64,000 nt of DNA from NCBI GenBank assembly GCA_900088475.1, contig FLMG01000807.1:1-64000 (forward strand). Reading direction: 5' to 3'. This document shows positions 11,060-24,063 of the stretch, piece by piece. This DNA is from Hyphochytrium catenoides. Lineage: Eukaryota > Protista > Hyphochytriomycota. The notes under the pieces were generated by a model. The model was not told the origin of the DNA. It worked only from the letters and a program-made list of their open reading frames with translations, and ran no database searches. The position numbers were made by a program, and so were the translations under genes. The first letter of the stretch is position 1. Each line of letters opens with the position of its first letter.

Positions 11060-14000
11060 TTCCCTCTCTCCTTCTCCTCCTCCCTCTCTCTTCCACCTTC
11101 ACCTAAGCTGCGAGCAATCATCGTCTCTCTCACTGTCTCTCCCTTTTGTCCGCCGCTCTGTCTGGTCTATCCCTTTCTTCTTCTTCCACAGCTGTACAGA
11201 GACACAGACAAGACTCTCTCTCTCACTCTCTCTCTCTCTCTCTCTCTTACACTTCTCTGTCCTCCCCTGTTCGACTGGCAAGATGGCAGAAGAAAGAAGA
11301 GACCAAGCCGTTTCCCTAGATCCTCGTCCTAAGAAAGAGGGGAGACTTAAGGGAGAGAAGAGAGAGAGAGAGAGAAAAGAAGGGAGAGAAGAGAAGAGAG
11401 AGAGAGTCGACAAAAACGGAGTTCCCACCCACCTTCGCCCTAGGAGACACACAACACAGCCGAAGGCGGGTGGGAGAGAGTGCTTAGGTACAGTGGGTAA
11501 CGCCAAAGGGAGCTTGGAACGTGTTTCAGAAAGGCTGTAGTAATCTGTTGGGGTGGGTGGGCTGGCCAATTTCTCTATGAAAGGGGACATAGATGGTGGC
11601 CGAGTTGAAGTTTAGGAAATCATCGTGGTGTCGGTCGATGGCAAGTGCCAAACACGGGCAGCTTGAAAGATTCAATGAAACACCGAATACTTTCGCTGAG
11701 CTTTTCACCAACGGCAAGTGTTGAGGGTTCCAGGTCCACTTGCAGGTGCGAGCGCCTGGCGTTCTAATAACCCTCTACCAGAAAAGGAGGAGGAGAGAGA
11801 AGCAGAGGAAAGCGATAAAAGAAAGAAGAGAGAAATAAAAAGAGCTGATGATAGTCCCACATTATCGCCTGTAGTAGGAAGAAAGAGTCTAGGGTATATA
11901 TGTATAGGGTCAGAGTCTAGGGTATATATGTATAGGGCCACGAAGGCACAGGCCACAGTAAGTTCTACGAGGGGCTTTTAGAAGTCCTTGCTTTCTCTGT
12001 ACGTTTACTCTCCTTTTTCTTCTTCTTCCTTACTTGTCCAGATCTTAGGCCGTAGTCTTACGGCTGCTGACCAACTCTGTCTCCATGATGGATGAATAAA
12101 AGGAGGTTTTCCTCTCAATGGTAAAACGCACTGGATTTCCCGCTCTACAGGCTCGCATGCTCCTTGTTCGTGACAGACTGCATTCTTAGCAGCACTCATC
12201 AGCCTTCGGACCAACATATCGACTGATTGAAGTTAGAAAGGAAGCTTGGACAAGAACGGGAGAGAAAGAAAGAAAGATGGGGAAGTGGTAGTTCTATGAC
12301 TCACTAGAAGTATTGCCAATGAATGGATTGCCATCTTCCCTCTCACACAACTCTTCACAATGATCCTGTTGATCCCTCGATCTCCCAGCTCCTTTATATC
12401 GGTTGTGTAGTGAAGAGGTTCGAGCCTTGAACAACAGTTGAGAAAAGGTGAAGAGAACTTCCTCTACACTCTGCACTGTCGACGGCAGGGGATGAACCTA
12501 TCGTCTGGTTGGCCGTGGCCACGTAATCACCTTCCTCCATGCTTCCGCTTGGACGAAGCAGCGATGTTTTTCTTTTTTCGCCCCGAACGAGTGCCCCATC
12601 CATCACGTCTCATAGGGTTTTTCCATGTGCCTTAAACTACCTCTTCAGCATCCATCTGGCCACACGGCCACACTAAAGATCAGTGCTTGTGGGCGCGTGG
12701 TCCTGGTACATAATCGTTCCTTTCCTTTCATGGTGTGTGGAGTGTGGAGTCAGGGAGCTGCGTTCCTCAACGGCTTAATGAAATCAGTGGTAAGGCACTG
12801 AGGCCAATTTCAACTCGAGGAAGGGGCTTGTAAAGATAGCGCTTGGCTGTCGTCCTACCCTTAGCTGTGCCTAAGCGCACTTCCACCCTCTTCCCAACCT
12901 CCAACTTCCGACCTCCTTCTTTTAGCTTGGTGCCTTCTGGCCTGCTGCCTGCTGTCTGCCCCTGACTCTCAGGATAGTTGACACAGAGCCAACGAAGCAA
13001 ACCCACGCTCTCATTGGCTGGTTAGGTGTGGCTCGTATTATTTTCACTTTAACCTGAAAGCAGTAAAGTATTGATATTACTACCGCTTTGAAGGGGAAGT
13101 GAGAGGATAAACGGCACGAGTGCGAGGAAGAGAGAAGCAAGTGTTCGACCCAACAATCTGACGGCCAAACCAGCGTAGGGGAGGACATTCTTGAGAACAC
13201 TGTACTAATACTGAATAGTCATCCGGGTTGTTGCAAAGGTACAGTAAAGAGCCATTCCTGTCTCTCCCAGTTATTATGAGCACGGTATGAAAGGGAAAGC
13301 TGGCCTTTTGGTCGCTTTCATAACAACTACTACAGGTACCAGCTGCTCTTCCTCGCAGCCACACTAGTCATTGACCTACCCACTTGAATCTGTTGGCTTG
13401 AGTACTATGTGGACTCTCTGTCTGTACATGTGAGCTCTCTGTCTTTGCTCAATTTCGAAGAAGTCATGAGTAGGTATGGAATCTAGGTGTCTCTCGCATT
13501 TTCCAGCAAATCTCTACTCATAATCTGTCTACCCTACGCCTCACGTTCTTTCTCACATCTCAGCAGCTGTACTTATATGAAGGGAGATCTCATCCCTGCA
13601 CCTCTTGGTTGCTCTTCCTCTATGTCAATAGGGTTTTAGTCAGTCATTACCTTACCTTTCTATATTCTGTCTCGGCCACACCAGGTGAGGAGGTTAGGGT
13701 TGGGTTGCCTGTGGCACCTTGCCCATTTCTTCTGCTATGGCGTTCTGTCCAGTTCTAAGTGTACACTTCTGCTAGATGTGAGACAGGCACCAAGACAGAG
13801 AGGGAAAGAGAAAAGACAAGACACGAAAAGACAGACAGAGCGACAAAACTGAGAGAAAGAGACGGGATGATAGTGAAGATCGAGGAGGGAAAGAGCATGA
13901 GAAAGAGTGAGAATAGGAGGAGGAACAGAAAACAGAGAGAAAGAGTAGGAGACCAAGAACAATAATGTGTAACAATGTGAGACGCTGAGTCTTTCTCAGC

Positions 14001-17000
14001 TCTCTTGAAGGCACCTGTTCTTCTCCTCTTGGTTGTTGCCTGCTCTGTGTGTCTCTTGCTCGAGGTGAGTTCTGATGGATAGATAGGGTTAGCAGAAGAC
14101 AGAGGTGATGGACAGCGCTGGAGGAAGAGTTGGGCGCAGTAACGACCTCGTAACGCTTGATGTTTTGGTCTACAGCTGCGCTCGAATGGCGGTCCCTGAC
14201 TTTTGCTCTTGGTCCATTTGTCTATCATTCTGTCTCGTGTTCCAGCCTCACATTCATGGCCAACGATCTGATCTCCGACAGATCGCCGTCCTCTTTCTGC
14301 GTGGCTTCTTTGTTTCTTCTGTCGTCTCCACTCGCTGTTGCTTGCTTCTGATCCTCAATTCCTGGTGAAAAAACCAATGTGCCTTATGCAAGAAAGCTGC
14401 TGTTAGTCTTCTCCTGCACTGTCTATAACTCTTCTTGCAGCAGCGTGGCGTCAACCGAAAGCTCGAAAGAGCCAGTTACCCAGTGCGGTCTTTGTGTCTT
14501 GTCGGTGTGCCTTTGAAGAGCTGCTGACTGGAATCTTTTTTTGTTTCTTTGTGTTCCCGTGCTCTGGCCCAGGCGGCAGGTAAATGGTCAAGCGCAACAA
14601 GCAAACCCTGATAAAGATCTGCTAGCATCAATAAGGAAGGACTATTATTGGTATAACGAAAGAGCCGAGGAGGTTATCTTCCTGCTTGATTATGTGCCCA
14701 TTAATGGACCGGACAGATGTGGGGAGGCAGCGCTTGTGCCGAGGGAGGAATGGACTGGACGACGTGAGAGAGACGTGACTTCCTTCTGATGGCTGCTTGT
14801 AAAGCCAACAACGGAAACAGGGCCAGTTAGTATGTTTGTTGTTCTTTAGATACTTGAAAGGTGTATGGCTCTTGGCGAAAGTGAGCTTCCTTTAGAGTTT
14901 CTTTGGGACTCTCTCCTCCTCCATTGTCGCCTGCACTGGAGGTGAGCCGTTGTTGGCGACTCTGCATGGTGGTAGATAAGTGTTGATGAGCGCAACGCTG
15001 CCGTCCTGCTACGTATTGCTGACGGTAGCGGGCAAAGAGTCGCCTACAACTGGCTCTCGTGGAGATAAGCCGGTTGGCACAAAAGGGAGCTACTACTATC
15101 AATGATTATGAGGAAGAAGTGAGCATTGCGGGCATACTACTGTCGGGAGCAACGCATCCGAGCAGCGATTATTTGTGCTATGCCAGCTCGTCGTAGTAGC
15201 ATTTCTATGAAGCTCCTTCTAAAACTTCATTCCGATGGTTGAGGCTGACATCAGGATGGAGAAACAATGATGACTGATGATGAGCAGTGTTGACTAACAA
15301 AGAAGCCTCCTCTGTTTGTGTCCCAGATACAGCCAGTCAGGTTGCCAGCCCACCGATGAGGATCAGGAGGAGGTGGTGTTTGCTTCTTGGCACTGGCTAT
15401 GCAGCAGCTTCCTGTCACTTATCATCTCGCGCAGTTCTGCGGGAAGAAACAACAAGTGCTGCCCGTGGGAAATCATGCCAGCGAGCGAACAACATAGCGA
15501 CTAGGGATAATAATGAAGACCTTGTTTTCATAAAATGCACTACAATTAGTTACCTGCACGACGGCTGCGGCTAATGCTAATGAGCAGGTGTTGTGGGACT
15601 AGGAAAAGTGGAGCTCAAACAATGATGATTGGAGAGAAGAGGACGTGACAAGAAGGAGAGCCACTGCACATGGGTCATCTTTTCATATCGTATTGTTTTG
15701 GTGTGATTGTTATGCAAGAACGAGCGGCAGCACCATCATCGCTTCTCCTCCCCAACAGCAACGCTGTTCATCGTCACTGTTACTATCATCCGTTGTCGTG
15801 GTCCTTCTTGTTTGATCCGTCTCTTTACTTTCTACATGCCTCGTCGTTGTTCCGTATCTACGCCGCCGCCGCAATGATAACATTAGACACAGAAGCTTGC
15901 TTGCGGTTGGGGCACCCACCTGACTGCCATTAATCTTAACTACTCCTCCCTGCACTGCTTGACATCACCACCACCACTTCTATTTCGTGCCAGGAAGCTC
16001 CATGTTCTTAATGTTGATCGATGGTTCTTCTTGTTGTTCTCGCCGCCGTGATCCCACTCTCCTTGAGTCGTCATTATCATCTTCGTAGGATCAGAGAAAA
16101 TGAAGTTTATTCATCACCTGTGAGCTGCAGCAGTACTAGTCGTACTAGAAGACCCAAGAGTTTAGAAGAGCAGGCCCACTCCTTTGTGGGCTTCTCTTCT
16201 TCCTCCTAGAACCAAACAGTACGCCTTCAACTGGTGAGGGGACGCAGCAATCAAGGAACGAGAAATGAGTGTCTCCTTGTTGGTGCTCATCAGTCACGAA
16301 CTGGCTCTCTTGCTTGAGTGATAGAAGAAGAAGAAGGTGGTACGTAAAGTACCAAGAGGAGGGAGGGGCTTCCCTCCATTTCTCATGGAAAGCCCCCTCA
16401 ATGCGTGGCTCTTATTATTAACTCCCATCTTTCATCGTCGTGGATGAAGAACCGACTGCCGTTGGACTGTAAGAGACGTGGTGACGAGGGAAGGATTTGT
16501 TCTCTCATCTCAAGTTTATAATAGTCTTCTAACCGTACTACTTTTTTACGGTCAACCTAGTAGTAGTACAGGGGCCTGCATGGGAAAGAGAAGAAGGGAC
16601 TATGCTGCGCAGCCCGTCGTATTATAAGGACCAGAGCCAGACGACAAAAAGCAGCAGCCCGCTAGCAATAGTATCTAGGGGTTGGAACTAGGTAGGGTCT
16701 CCTCGTCGCCATCGCTGTGGGAAGCCTTCCCTCACTGCATGAAGAGTGCTGCGCTACATCATTGCGAGGAAGAGGGATTGCTATGGTCAACCCTCCTCCT
16801 TATGCAGCAGACCAATACCCTCATCATCAGCAAGCAGTATGACCACCTCTTTTCCAGCAGCAATAATTATCTCCTGTGAAGGCTCCTCCTATGGCTGAAC
16901 GAAGAAGATCAGTTGCTCCCATTGTTGTTGGTTCCAAGTTATTCTTGCTGCGAGGTCAACAACAGGTCGTCGGCATGGGGCATGTTCTTCAACAACGGCG

Positions 17001-19857
17001 AACTACTGGATATCCAGGTGTCCGACCGACCAGTCTGACGAGATCAATCATCAGGCGGCCATTCTATAGCGGCCGCGGGTTCAGCCAGAAGCATCCGGGG
17101 CCGAAGTCTTTAATGATGAAGCCAGAAGAAGAGAACTTCTTCCTCGCCTTGTGCTTATCAAGAACAAGAGCAGTACCAATTAATCATCATTATTAAGCAA
17201 CGCCTTCATCGTCGACGACGACGGCCTCCCTCGCGCCACACTCTTCTCCTAGTTCAAGGTCTAGAAAAGTTGTTGTTGCCTTGCATGGACCTATCTACCC
17301 CTTGCGGCAATCTGTGAAGAAAGACCTCGTATAAGAAGAAGGAGCACAAGATAATAGCAGAAATCTAGCGGATTGGCCATCCCCCCGAACTGTGGAATCT
17401 CCTAACCAACGGTATCCCCAGGATGCCACCACCATCATCAAGAGGTCAGTAATAAGGAGATTGACTGCTGTTGTGGTGCACGTGGGCCTCGCGGTGAGAA
17501 ATCCAGGACAGAGCTTCTCTCCTTGAGCTTCCGTTTCTCCTCTTGATGCAGGTCTTCACTGCCAGCTACCATATGGAGTGATGATTACATGTGGTGGATA
17601 GACGCAACAATAGTCAGCCTAGATCTTCTGAGACATCGGTGATCGACGCCTTTCTTCAAATGAGGTCAGCCAGTTGTTGGGTCAGTTTTTTATTAGAGCC
17701 TTTCTTAGCGCCTTGCGGCGTGGTGGAGTAGAGATCCTACCTAGTTCGTCACGGTCTGCACCAGACGGATGTGGGAGGAGACTGAAGACACATTCGCATC
17801 GTATTGTGTCCGACGAGGAGCCTTTGCTTATTTGCTATCTACAATAATGTACCACAACCACCTATATAGCGATGATTCTTTCTGCTGCCTCTCGCCGCCG
17901 CTACTATAATGCTAGAAGGGTTAGGGTTAATAAGCGGGGTCGGTTCTTCAAGCATAACAGATGACCTTGCTTCTCCAGGCCGTGCTCTTCCTTCTGAGAA
18001 CTGACAAACAGCAGAACAAGGAGGGGTAAGCTCCAGACAACGCAGCATATTGCATCGATCATCAGCAACAACCGGGAGATCAGCTCGTAGACTGGCTCCA
18101 TTTGTTGTGTCTGACGTAACTCCCGGGCGCATTGCTGTCTATCTTTCCGCTCAATCACTTGCTTTCAGCCCGAACGAACATGGGGTCTTCGCCAGACAAA
18201 TTGAGGGGATTGTTCTCCACTACTCTTGTTCTCTATAAGCATCGAAGAACATGATCCAGTGGCTAGACACGAGGCTAGGACTACGGGTTCTTAACTACTA
18301 TTTATAACAACGTGATGTGCGTTGACATCATCAACATCGTAGAGAAGATGTAAGGCGAAAGCGAGATCTATTAATCATCAGAGGCTGAATGGAAAACGAG
18401 AGCATGCGAGACCTGAATGAGGGGTAAATAGGAGCAGCATCAGCGCGGTCGAAGTTCCTTGCAGAGACCAGAAGAGGGTGAGACCTAATAAAGGTGTCTT
18501 CCTTCTTCCCCACATTGTGAGAGACGGGACTACCGGGTATCCGCAGTCTATAGAAGTCCGTGCAATGCTAGGCCCAACGCGCATCGAACGGAAAACAACC
18601 TGCTTCGCGGCGGGAAGAAGAATGCTGGTCGGATTACCCTCGCATGCGAGGATTCCGTCGACTGGAATGGCAAGAGGAGCGACCTACCCACCCTTCTTGG
18701 TCGCTTTTCGTCTAGGCCTTTGTGCACATGGACCTCCCGCTCAATGCTAAGTGGCAAGCACTTCTTCCTGCAGAGATTCTCCGATGGAGCTCTCTTACTG
18801 GCTAATTGTTGGGCGTGTTTCTGGGCCAGGACGCAGCGGGAAGGCGACGAAGCACTGCTCCTCAGCCTCACAGGGTTCTCCGCACCGCCTCGCACCCTGA
18901 CGCGGATTGGCCCGGCCAATGGCAGCTCTTCTTCTATATGCTAACGAACTCTTGGGGATGATACGCGATGATGCTTCTGTTACTGATGATTGAGATGATG
19001 AGGGATGATCAACAGCAGAGAAGAAGAAGCAGAGTTTATTCTGAGCCTTTTATTTGGGAGCAATCCTCTTGCTGTCATGATAAATAATGTTGATGATTGA
19101 CCAGGAGCAGGATGATCAGGAAGTTTATTTCTTGTGAACAGAAGACACTCTCAGTGAAATACCTATACTGTACCTAAATTGTATAGGAACGAAGAACAAT
19201 TTGTTTCTCTCTTCTTTTTTCTTGGTAAACGAGTACTTGTACTCGTAGTAGCAGGCCCTCTTCGTTGTTCTCCTTGGGCGGATAATGGGCGTTTCCCCAT
19301 CGTTGTTGTCCAAAATAGTATACATACAAACCTTATATATATATATATTGCAATATATTGCACATTTGACTAAAGTATTCAGCAGATGGCCTATCGTTAT
19401 TGCTGAAAAGTTATCGTTACTACTGCCGAGCCGTTCAACTATGATTCTTCGTCCTTCTCTGATCATGATGTTGGAGGAGGAGAGCGTGTTGAAGAAGAGC
19501 CTAGGACTTTGTAGCTCTTGTCTCTTCTTCATTTTCTTCTTCTTCTTCTCTTTTACTTCTTCTTGTTCCTACTAGTAGTATTCTTATAGCAACTTCGATT
19601 GAATTTCTATGAAAAAAGAGCAGGAAGACAGAAAGGCACTCCTTGAATCATTATGGATAAGCGTATTCTTGTTCAGCAGTTGGATCCCGCTCTAGCTTGC
19701 ATGATTGAGCGCCTTCTTCTTCTCCTCCTCCTCCTCCAGCTCCTATCATTATTGCAGCAGACTTCATCAACATGATTCTTCTTCCTTTTCCGATGATACT
19801 GGTGGAGGAGGAGAACGCGTTGTGGAGTCCAGAGCTTCGTAGCTGTCATCTCCTCTT

Positions 19858-19964
19858 CATTTCTCTTCTCCTTCTCCTTCTTCTCCTTCTTCTGCCTCTT
19901 CTTCTCCTCCTCTTTCTCCTCCTCCTTCTTCTTCTTCTTTTATCTCTTCTTTTACTTCTTCTTC
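19858..19964. repeat. (CTT/CTC)n trinucleotide low-complexity tract
   Basis: Direct observation; it explains the spurious poly-Leu ORF 19772-20035. Confidence 0.9.
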
Positions 19965-21289
19965 TGAGGGGAAGAAAAAGGGCTATTCAAACTGAGAATA
20001 AGCTTGAAAGGCCGGGAAGCAAGGGAAAACAATAAAAAAAAAAATCTCAAACCTTACTAATAATTGCAAAGCAGATTCCTGAAACCTTGATCGGTCATCC
20101 CTGACCGGGCAAGGCCTAAACAATCTTACCAGTTCACTCTCGTTTTATGTGAGTAAGAGGAGATTTTAATGATGTTCGTTGGGAGGAGACAGAGAGCCGG
20201 TGGGTCAAACACTAGACACACTTCTTCTTCCCTAACTCTTGCTTATTCCAATGCCGCAACCTTCCCCCAGAACGCGATTGTAGATAGAACTAGTTCAGGT
20301 CACAGTTTCTTCTACTATCTTCTTTTCTTCTTCTCTCCTTCTGCAATAGCTCGGCGGCTAATCATAATCTGCCAAGCGACGAAGAAGGCCTCCTTCCGTG
20401 TCAAGCAGTTTCTTCTTCCACTGGGCTTCGTTTTGTTGGTATTTGTTTCTATTCTTCCTGTTGCTGGCGCCCGATTACGATGATGAACTCATCCTTCCTC
20501 TCTTATATGTACGGATCAGGAAGTGCCTAACATTGACGAAGAACAGGACGAACAGCATCTACTAGTAGTAGCAGCAATAGCCGCAGCATCCTGGACGTTA
20601 AGAACTGCACAGGAGGATGGGCGGACCTAGCTGCAGGAGCCCGATGGAGATGAAAGATTACTGCTGCTTGCTGGCTGGTTGTAGGAGAAATAAAGACGCA
20701 GGGGTCAGTAGTCTTCTGAGACACTACTATTATTGGCGCGTCCATTCAGGCTCTCCAACAATCATTATCATCATCATCATCACTCCCTTGACAGGACCCA
20801 ACCAGCAAATTTTTTTTTTACTAAAGACTCAACGTAGCGGCTAACGACTAGCCACCATTTATCTTGCGAATCTTTCTGATGTTCTGATGACAACCTCAAC
20901 TCCATCATCTCACCATCCTGCTGGCTCCTCCTCTGCTGCTCCTCCATCCTACTCCGCTCTTCCCGTTAGATTTAATGACCTGTAAGTGATGGCTTATAAA
21001 GAGGCCTGCTGCCCCTGCTGGACGTGACATATCGGCTAGAGGGCTGCTGCAGTAGATACTCGTAGCGACATGAAGGTTCTATGAGGTAGTCAGATAACTA
21101 TAGCAAAGCGCTCGCTGTTGTTGTTGCCACGGAGGTGGTCATTCTAGCAGATAGCTAATAATCTCCTCGGCAACAACACCTTTGAGAAAACGCCAAGCTC
21201 ACGCTTCCCATCGTGAAAGGTTACTAGTAGGCGGTTCCCGAGAAGGGAGGCGAGAGTGTCGGTTCGCAACCAAGGACAGACTCAGTTCA

Positions 21290-21823
21290 ATGGCCAGCGT
21301 AGAACATTATCCAAGACCATCGCCGCGGGAGTTCCACTTTCATGTTTACTTTGATGAGACCGACCCAGACAGCGTGCAACATGCGCTACGCCTCAGACAA
21401 GAGCTGCTCCGGCGCTGGAAAAATGGAGAGTTCGTGGCAGTACCCTTAGGGAGCATTGACACCAATGAAGGAGAGCCGAGACATAGCCCAACAACGATAA
21501 TGGACAACGAACAAGAGAAGAGAGTACCGACAGGGGTGAATATGTCACCAGTCGGCCCACACCCCACAGGCTCCTTTGAAACATGGGTCCCACTAGAGCA
21601 TTTTGCTTCCGTCTACACGTGGTTCCTCTCGCACCGAGGCCCACTCTCAGTGCTAGTGCATCCTCTTACGCTTTTTGAGGTACGGGATCACACTGTAGAC
21701 GCTGTCTGGATGGGCAAATCTTATCAAAGCGACTTAAATCTCAAGGTCCTCCAAGACCAGCCATCGGGGTTGATGACCTCACAATATCCGCAGTTGGGTC
21801 TAGGATATGCTGCTAGCGCCTAG
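21290..21823 (+). CDS. DOPA 4,5-dioxygenase family protein (DOPA_dioxygen, Amanita DODA type), intronless, 177 aa
   Basis: Motifs EFHFHVYF, PVGPHPTGSFE, W...RG.LSVLVHPLT and RDHT..A.WMG are characteristic of this family; first ATG at 21290. Confidence 0.88.
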   Translation: MASVEHYPRPSPREFHFHVYFDETDPDSVQHALRLRQELLRRWKNGEFVAVPLGSIDTNEGEPRHSPTTIMDNEQEKRVPTGVNMSPVGPHPTGSFETWVPLEHFASVYTWFLSHRGPLSVLVHPLTLFEVRDHTVDAVWMGKSYQSDLNLKVLQDQPSGLMTSQYPQLGLGYAASA

Positions 21824-21966
21824 TCTGTGAATGCCGAGAGTCCCGTAGTGCAAGCTCCTGGCCCTAGCGATTAGTCTAGTTCAGGTCTCTCGTTCGCTAG
21901 CTTTGCATCCCAGTTGTGGAAAGTATACGTCAACTTAGCCCTGCTACTCTTGCCAATGAAAGTGCC

Positions 21967-23401
21967 TTATACTTCTACGTCGGTCTTCGTATGCAGATAG
22001 CATGTGGCATAACCCCAGCTCATAACGAACTGCTTCTTGTCTACAATCTCAATACCAGGACCCTCGAGATGCTGCACGCAAAAACACTTCGTTAGGTCAC
22101 ACTGCTGAGAAAGCACACTCTATTGCCACCTTCTTACCTTTGTCAAGGTGAGGATGCGGGTCCCTGGCTTCAGTGAGCCAGCGGCTTCTCCTAGTTTCTT
22201 CACCAGGCTTTTGTCAAAGCAAGTGGAGTTGATAAAGATAATGTCTCCGTCAGACCTAGACGTCCATTGGTAAGCCGCAAGATTCGCTATAAGGTATCGC
22301 GGCAAGGTATAGGGCTTTTTGGCCTCAAAGGACAGGCGTACCAGTCATACTGCAGGATATCTCCTCTGATCATCTCAACCGCCACTGTTTGGTGTGGTGA
22401 CCTTTCCTGGCATTGCATAGTTGTCAATGGCAGGGTGGCGCCTGAAGAGGTTATGCTTACTTAATATGCTTACCCTTTCGAACTCTTGTGCTACTTTGTT
22501 CGAGACCTGGCAGAGCTCCTCGATAAGTTCTATACCCTTGCACTTTTTGAAAGCATGTCCATAAAGAAGAGCCTATCGTCCCAATGAGTTAGGCGAGCTT
22601 ACTATGGTTCAGAGCATTCAGCGTTGCGTTCTTACCGCAGCTATTACAGCTTTACCGGTGCCATGGCCGAGATCATAAAAGATCTAGTGCGAAGAAGTTA
22701 AAATGGTCCTGCGAGGATCATAGTTGCCATTCACAGGCGACAAACCTACCTCACCCCGTTTGGGCTGCGCCTTCTCAAGGATAGTGGCAAAGGAGAAGAA
22801 GTCTATTTCCCCATAGACTAAGGACTGAGTCTTCATCTTACTGTCAAGCAGACGATCATATCCTGCAGAAAATGGCAGGCATGTAAGAATCCCCTCTTGC
22901 GCTTCGCTTGCTTTCATGGGAACCACAGACCTGACTTTGACAGGACCTTCGCATACTCGGTCGTATACTCACTGAAGAGTCTGCTCCAGATAACGTAGGC
23001 AGAGTCCACTGCAAAAGCAACGTAGTTCAGGCAACGACCTCCATGATAGAGACTACCAATAACCACAGAGGATCACCTGCAGTCTCCACGACTGCTCTCA
23101 GAATGTTGAGCTTGAAGTTCTTGGGGTCCTTATCGTTCTATGTGAAAGCACCGAAGGACCTTGAGACACTTCCATTGAAGGATGGAGGCCAAGAAGTAGC
23201 ATACCTCATAGTCCACAAGAGCTCTACGCAGCTTCTCGCTCCTGCTTAGTGTCAACTCTACTCTGGGTCTTAGTCATCGGTAGAGCGAGAGGATAAGGGT
23301 TGTGCTGTTTCCAGCTTACCTTTCAGTATACCCCGCTCATATGGAGGCAGCTTTGAGGCCAGCAGTAGCAGCTTGGACTCTGGGAAGATGAGCTTCTCCA
23401 T
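21967..23401 (-). CDS. Class I SAM-dependent methyltransferase, DOT1-like, multi-exon
   Basis: Stitched exons: MEKLIFP...SLVYGEIDFFSF...GE|IFYDLGHGTGKAVIAA|ALLY...KGIEL...DGDIIFINSTCF...LKPGTRILTLTK|...MSWGYATCYLH...TAA. Shows YGE plus DLGxGxG motif I and FINSTCF motif IV. Confidence 0.82.
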
Positions 23402-24063
23402 CGCCTTGATCAAATGTTCCGGAGAGGGAAGGTCCCAACAAGTGTCTTTCCTCTGGCTCCGTACAAGCTAACGCATCTTGAGGCAGCGGTAGTATTGTTA
23501 CCGAAGATCAAGGGCTCTATTGCCCGCACCGTTGCGTTCTGTTAGACTTCGTATGGAGGTAGCTGCCGTGGTCCTAGGAAGGGCAATGAGCTCAGGGCCA
23601 ATGCCAAGTGCTAGTGCCACCTGTCTGGTCTTCTTTGTCCTCATAAACATCATCAAGCTCGCGGCATGATCTCTGACTCTTCCTTTCTCATCAGCTTCTT
23701 TCCTCATCTTTTTGGGCGTTAGCGCCTCGAGTAGGCTCTAACGGCATTATCCTCGTTGTAGACAAGTCATCGATGTGGCTGGTTTCTGATGTCAGTTCGT
23801 TCCCCAACTGGTTCACTGCTGGCAGCAGCAGGAAAACTCTTGCCTGGTATTCGTCTGCGTGTAGAATGTGTGTTGCAGTTTTCCTCATTGAAGCTCCACG
23901 ATCGAGCCCATCAGGGAGATATCTCTTTCCTACTCGCGGACACTTTTCCAGAAGCGGAAGAGCAAAGACAGACAGCACTGAGAGAAGGGCAGCCGTGTGC
24001 TGACCAACTCTTAGACGAAGAGGTTCGCCGAAGAGCACTTTTGGACTCTGGAGCTTGGGAAGA

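Noticed and set aside
17917-17930. TTAGGG-like units (also near 13694)
   Set aside because: Only one or two copies; not an interstitial telomere array
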